NCBI RefSeq assembly: GCF_000143415.4
Contig: NW_003314439.1
Location: 3,337-67,336 of the forward strand
Reading direction: 5' to 3'
Source: Selaginella moellendorffii
Lineage: Eukaryota; Plantae; Lycopodiophyta
DNA: 64,000 nt
The notes under the pieces were generated by a model, which was not told the origin of the DNA, did no database searches, and saw only the letters and a list, made by a program, of their open reading frames with translations. This document shows positions 63,080-64,000 of the stretch, one piece after another (the stretch's first letter is position 1; the number at the start of each line of letters is the position of its first letter). The translations under genes and the position numbers were made by a program.

Positions 63080-63694
63080 TGAGGAGCGGAGAGGAGATCC
63101 AGGGCGCTTCTCGAAAGCTCTCGCTGGCGGGACTTTTATGTTCTCCGCCAAATGGTTGGCAACAAAGGAAGGACTTTGGGACCCAGAAGAACACGTCCGA
63201 GGCTTCCAGAATCAACGTTTCAACTAACTCGGCAGTGGTAAGAGCAGTGAAGTAAGATCGCTCATACTTAATGCGCTTGTGTCGTGTTCTCTGTTCTAGG
63301 AGCCTACGAGTTTGGATCGAATTCGTTAGCAATCTGAGAAAGATCCCAGGTAAGAAGTAGTCAATTGGATCTGCTCGTTATAATGTGTGATTGGTTTTTT
63401 TTTTTTTTTTTCAAGCGAAAAATAAGAACGAAGAGAGGAAGAAGAAGAGAAGAAGAAGAGAAGAAGCGAGCTCTGGACATTGGATTGGAATGGTGGAAGT
63501 CTCCAAATTTGATGCTATAGCCGACACTATAGAATGGAAGTCTCCTTTAAATTGTTTACTGGCATTGTTATGTATGGAAGTCTCTTATCTCGCTATAATG
63601 AGGTGTTCTTTCATGTCAATGGGCCACATTAGGGTTTTCAAATGCCGCGACGAGGAAGAGGAGGTAAGGGAGGGAGCTCGATTCGTCCTCGGCC

Positions 63695-64000
63695 ATGGCA
63701 GATCGGTTAGTCGCGGCATTATTGCCTTGTCCAGTGGCGGCGTCTTGCTCGTCTTCCGCCGCGCCAGTATCGTCGTCGTCGCATTGTTGCCTAGTTGCCC
63801 GGTCCAATTCGCATCGCAATTGGACTCGCTCGTTGCGCTTGGATCGGTCGTCGTTGCAGGGCCAGAGATTGGAGCTCCTGCAGTGCTGCTGGCAGCGAAG
63901 GACGAGATCTCGGCTATTAAAGGTACTGTTTGATTGTGTGTTGGTGGACTTGGTATGGTTTTTATCCTTTGTTTTCTCTTTTCCAGGTGAATGCCGCGAG
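63695..64000 (+). CDS. 5' end of a gene with a plastid transit peptide, continuing beyond the window
   Basis: Ser/Arg-rich MADRLVAALL..RLLK, then a GT-AG intron, then VNAA. Confidence 0.55.
   Translation, partial: MADRLVAALLPCPVAASCSSSAAPVSSSSHCCLVARSNSHRNWTRSLRLDRSSLQGQRLELLQCCWQRRTRSRLLKVLFDCVLVDLVWFLSFVFSFPGECRE

Overview
Gene-dense plant nuclear DNA with very short GT-AG introns, telo-box (AAACCCTA) promoters and PPR-DYW genes. The organism is most likely a lycophyte such as Selaginella (inference). Apparently intact genes: a DExH RNA helicase, a plastid membrane protein, CAD, an acidic NLS protein, TRAP-beta, two PPR-DYW genes plus one PPR gene, an Atz/Trz amidohydrolase, an nsLTP-like protein, a SABATH methyltransferase, a PDIL1-5/1-6-type PDI, POLA2, a PKA-like kinase and an aspartic protease. 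Mobile DNA: a decayed Ty3/gypsy element with a nested solo LTR, and a decayed Ty1/copia element with an internal inverted repeat. The 45.7-57.3 kb region is heavily rearranged: a PDI/POLA2 segment is duplicated, and one POLA2 copy is interrupted by a circularly permuted VPS26-bounded insert. The same region holds three related genes of a Uma2-like PD-(D/E)XK nuclease family, two of them fused to an ING-type PHD finger. This family is the best candidate for an undescribed system. All family assignments come from motif recognition by eye; no database searches were run.
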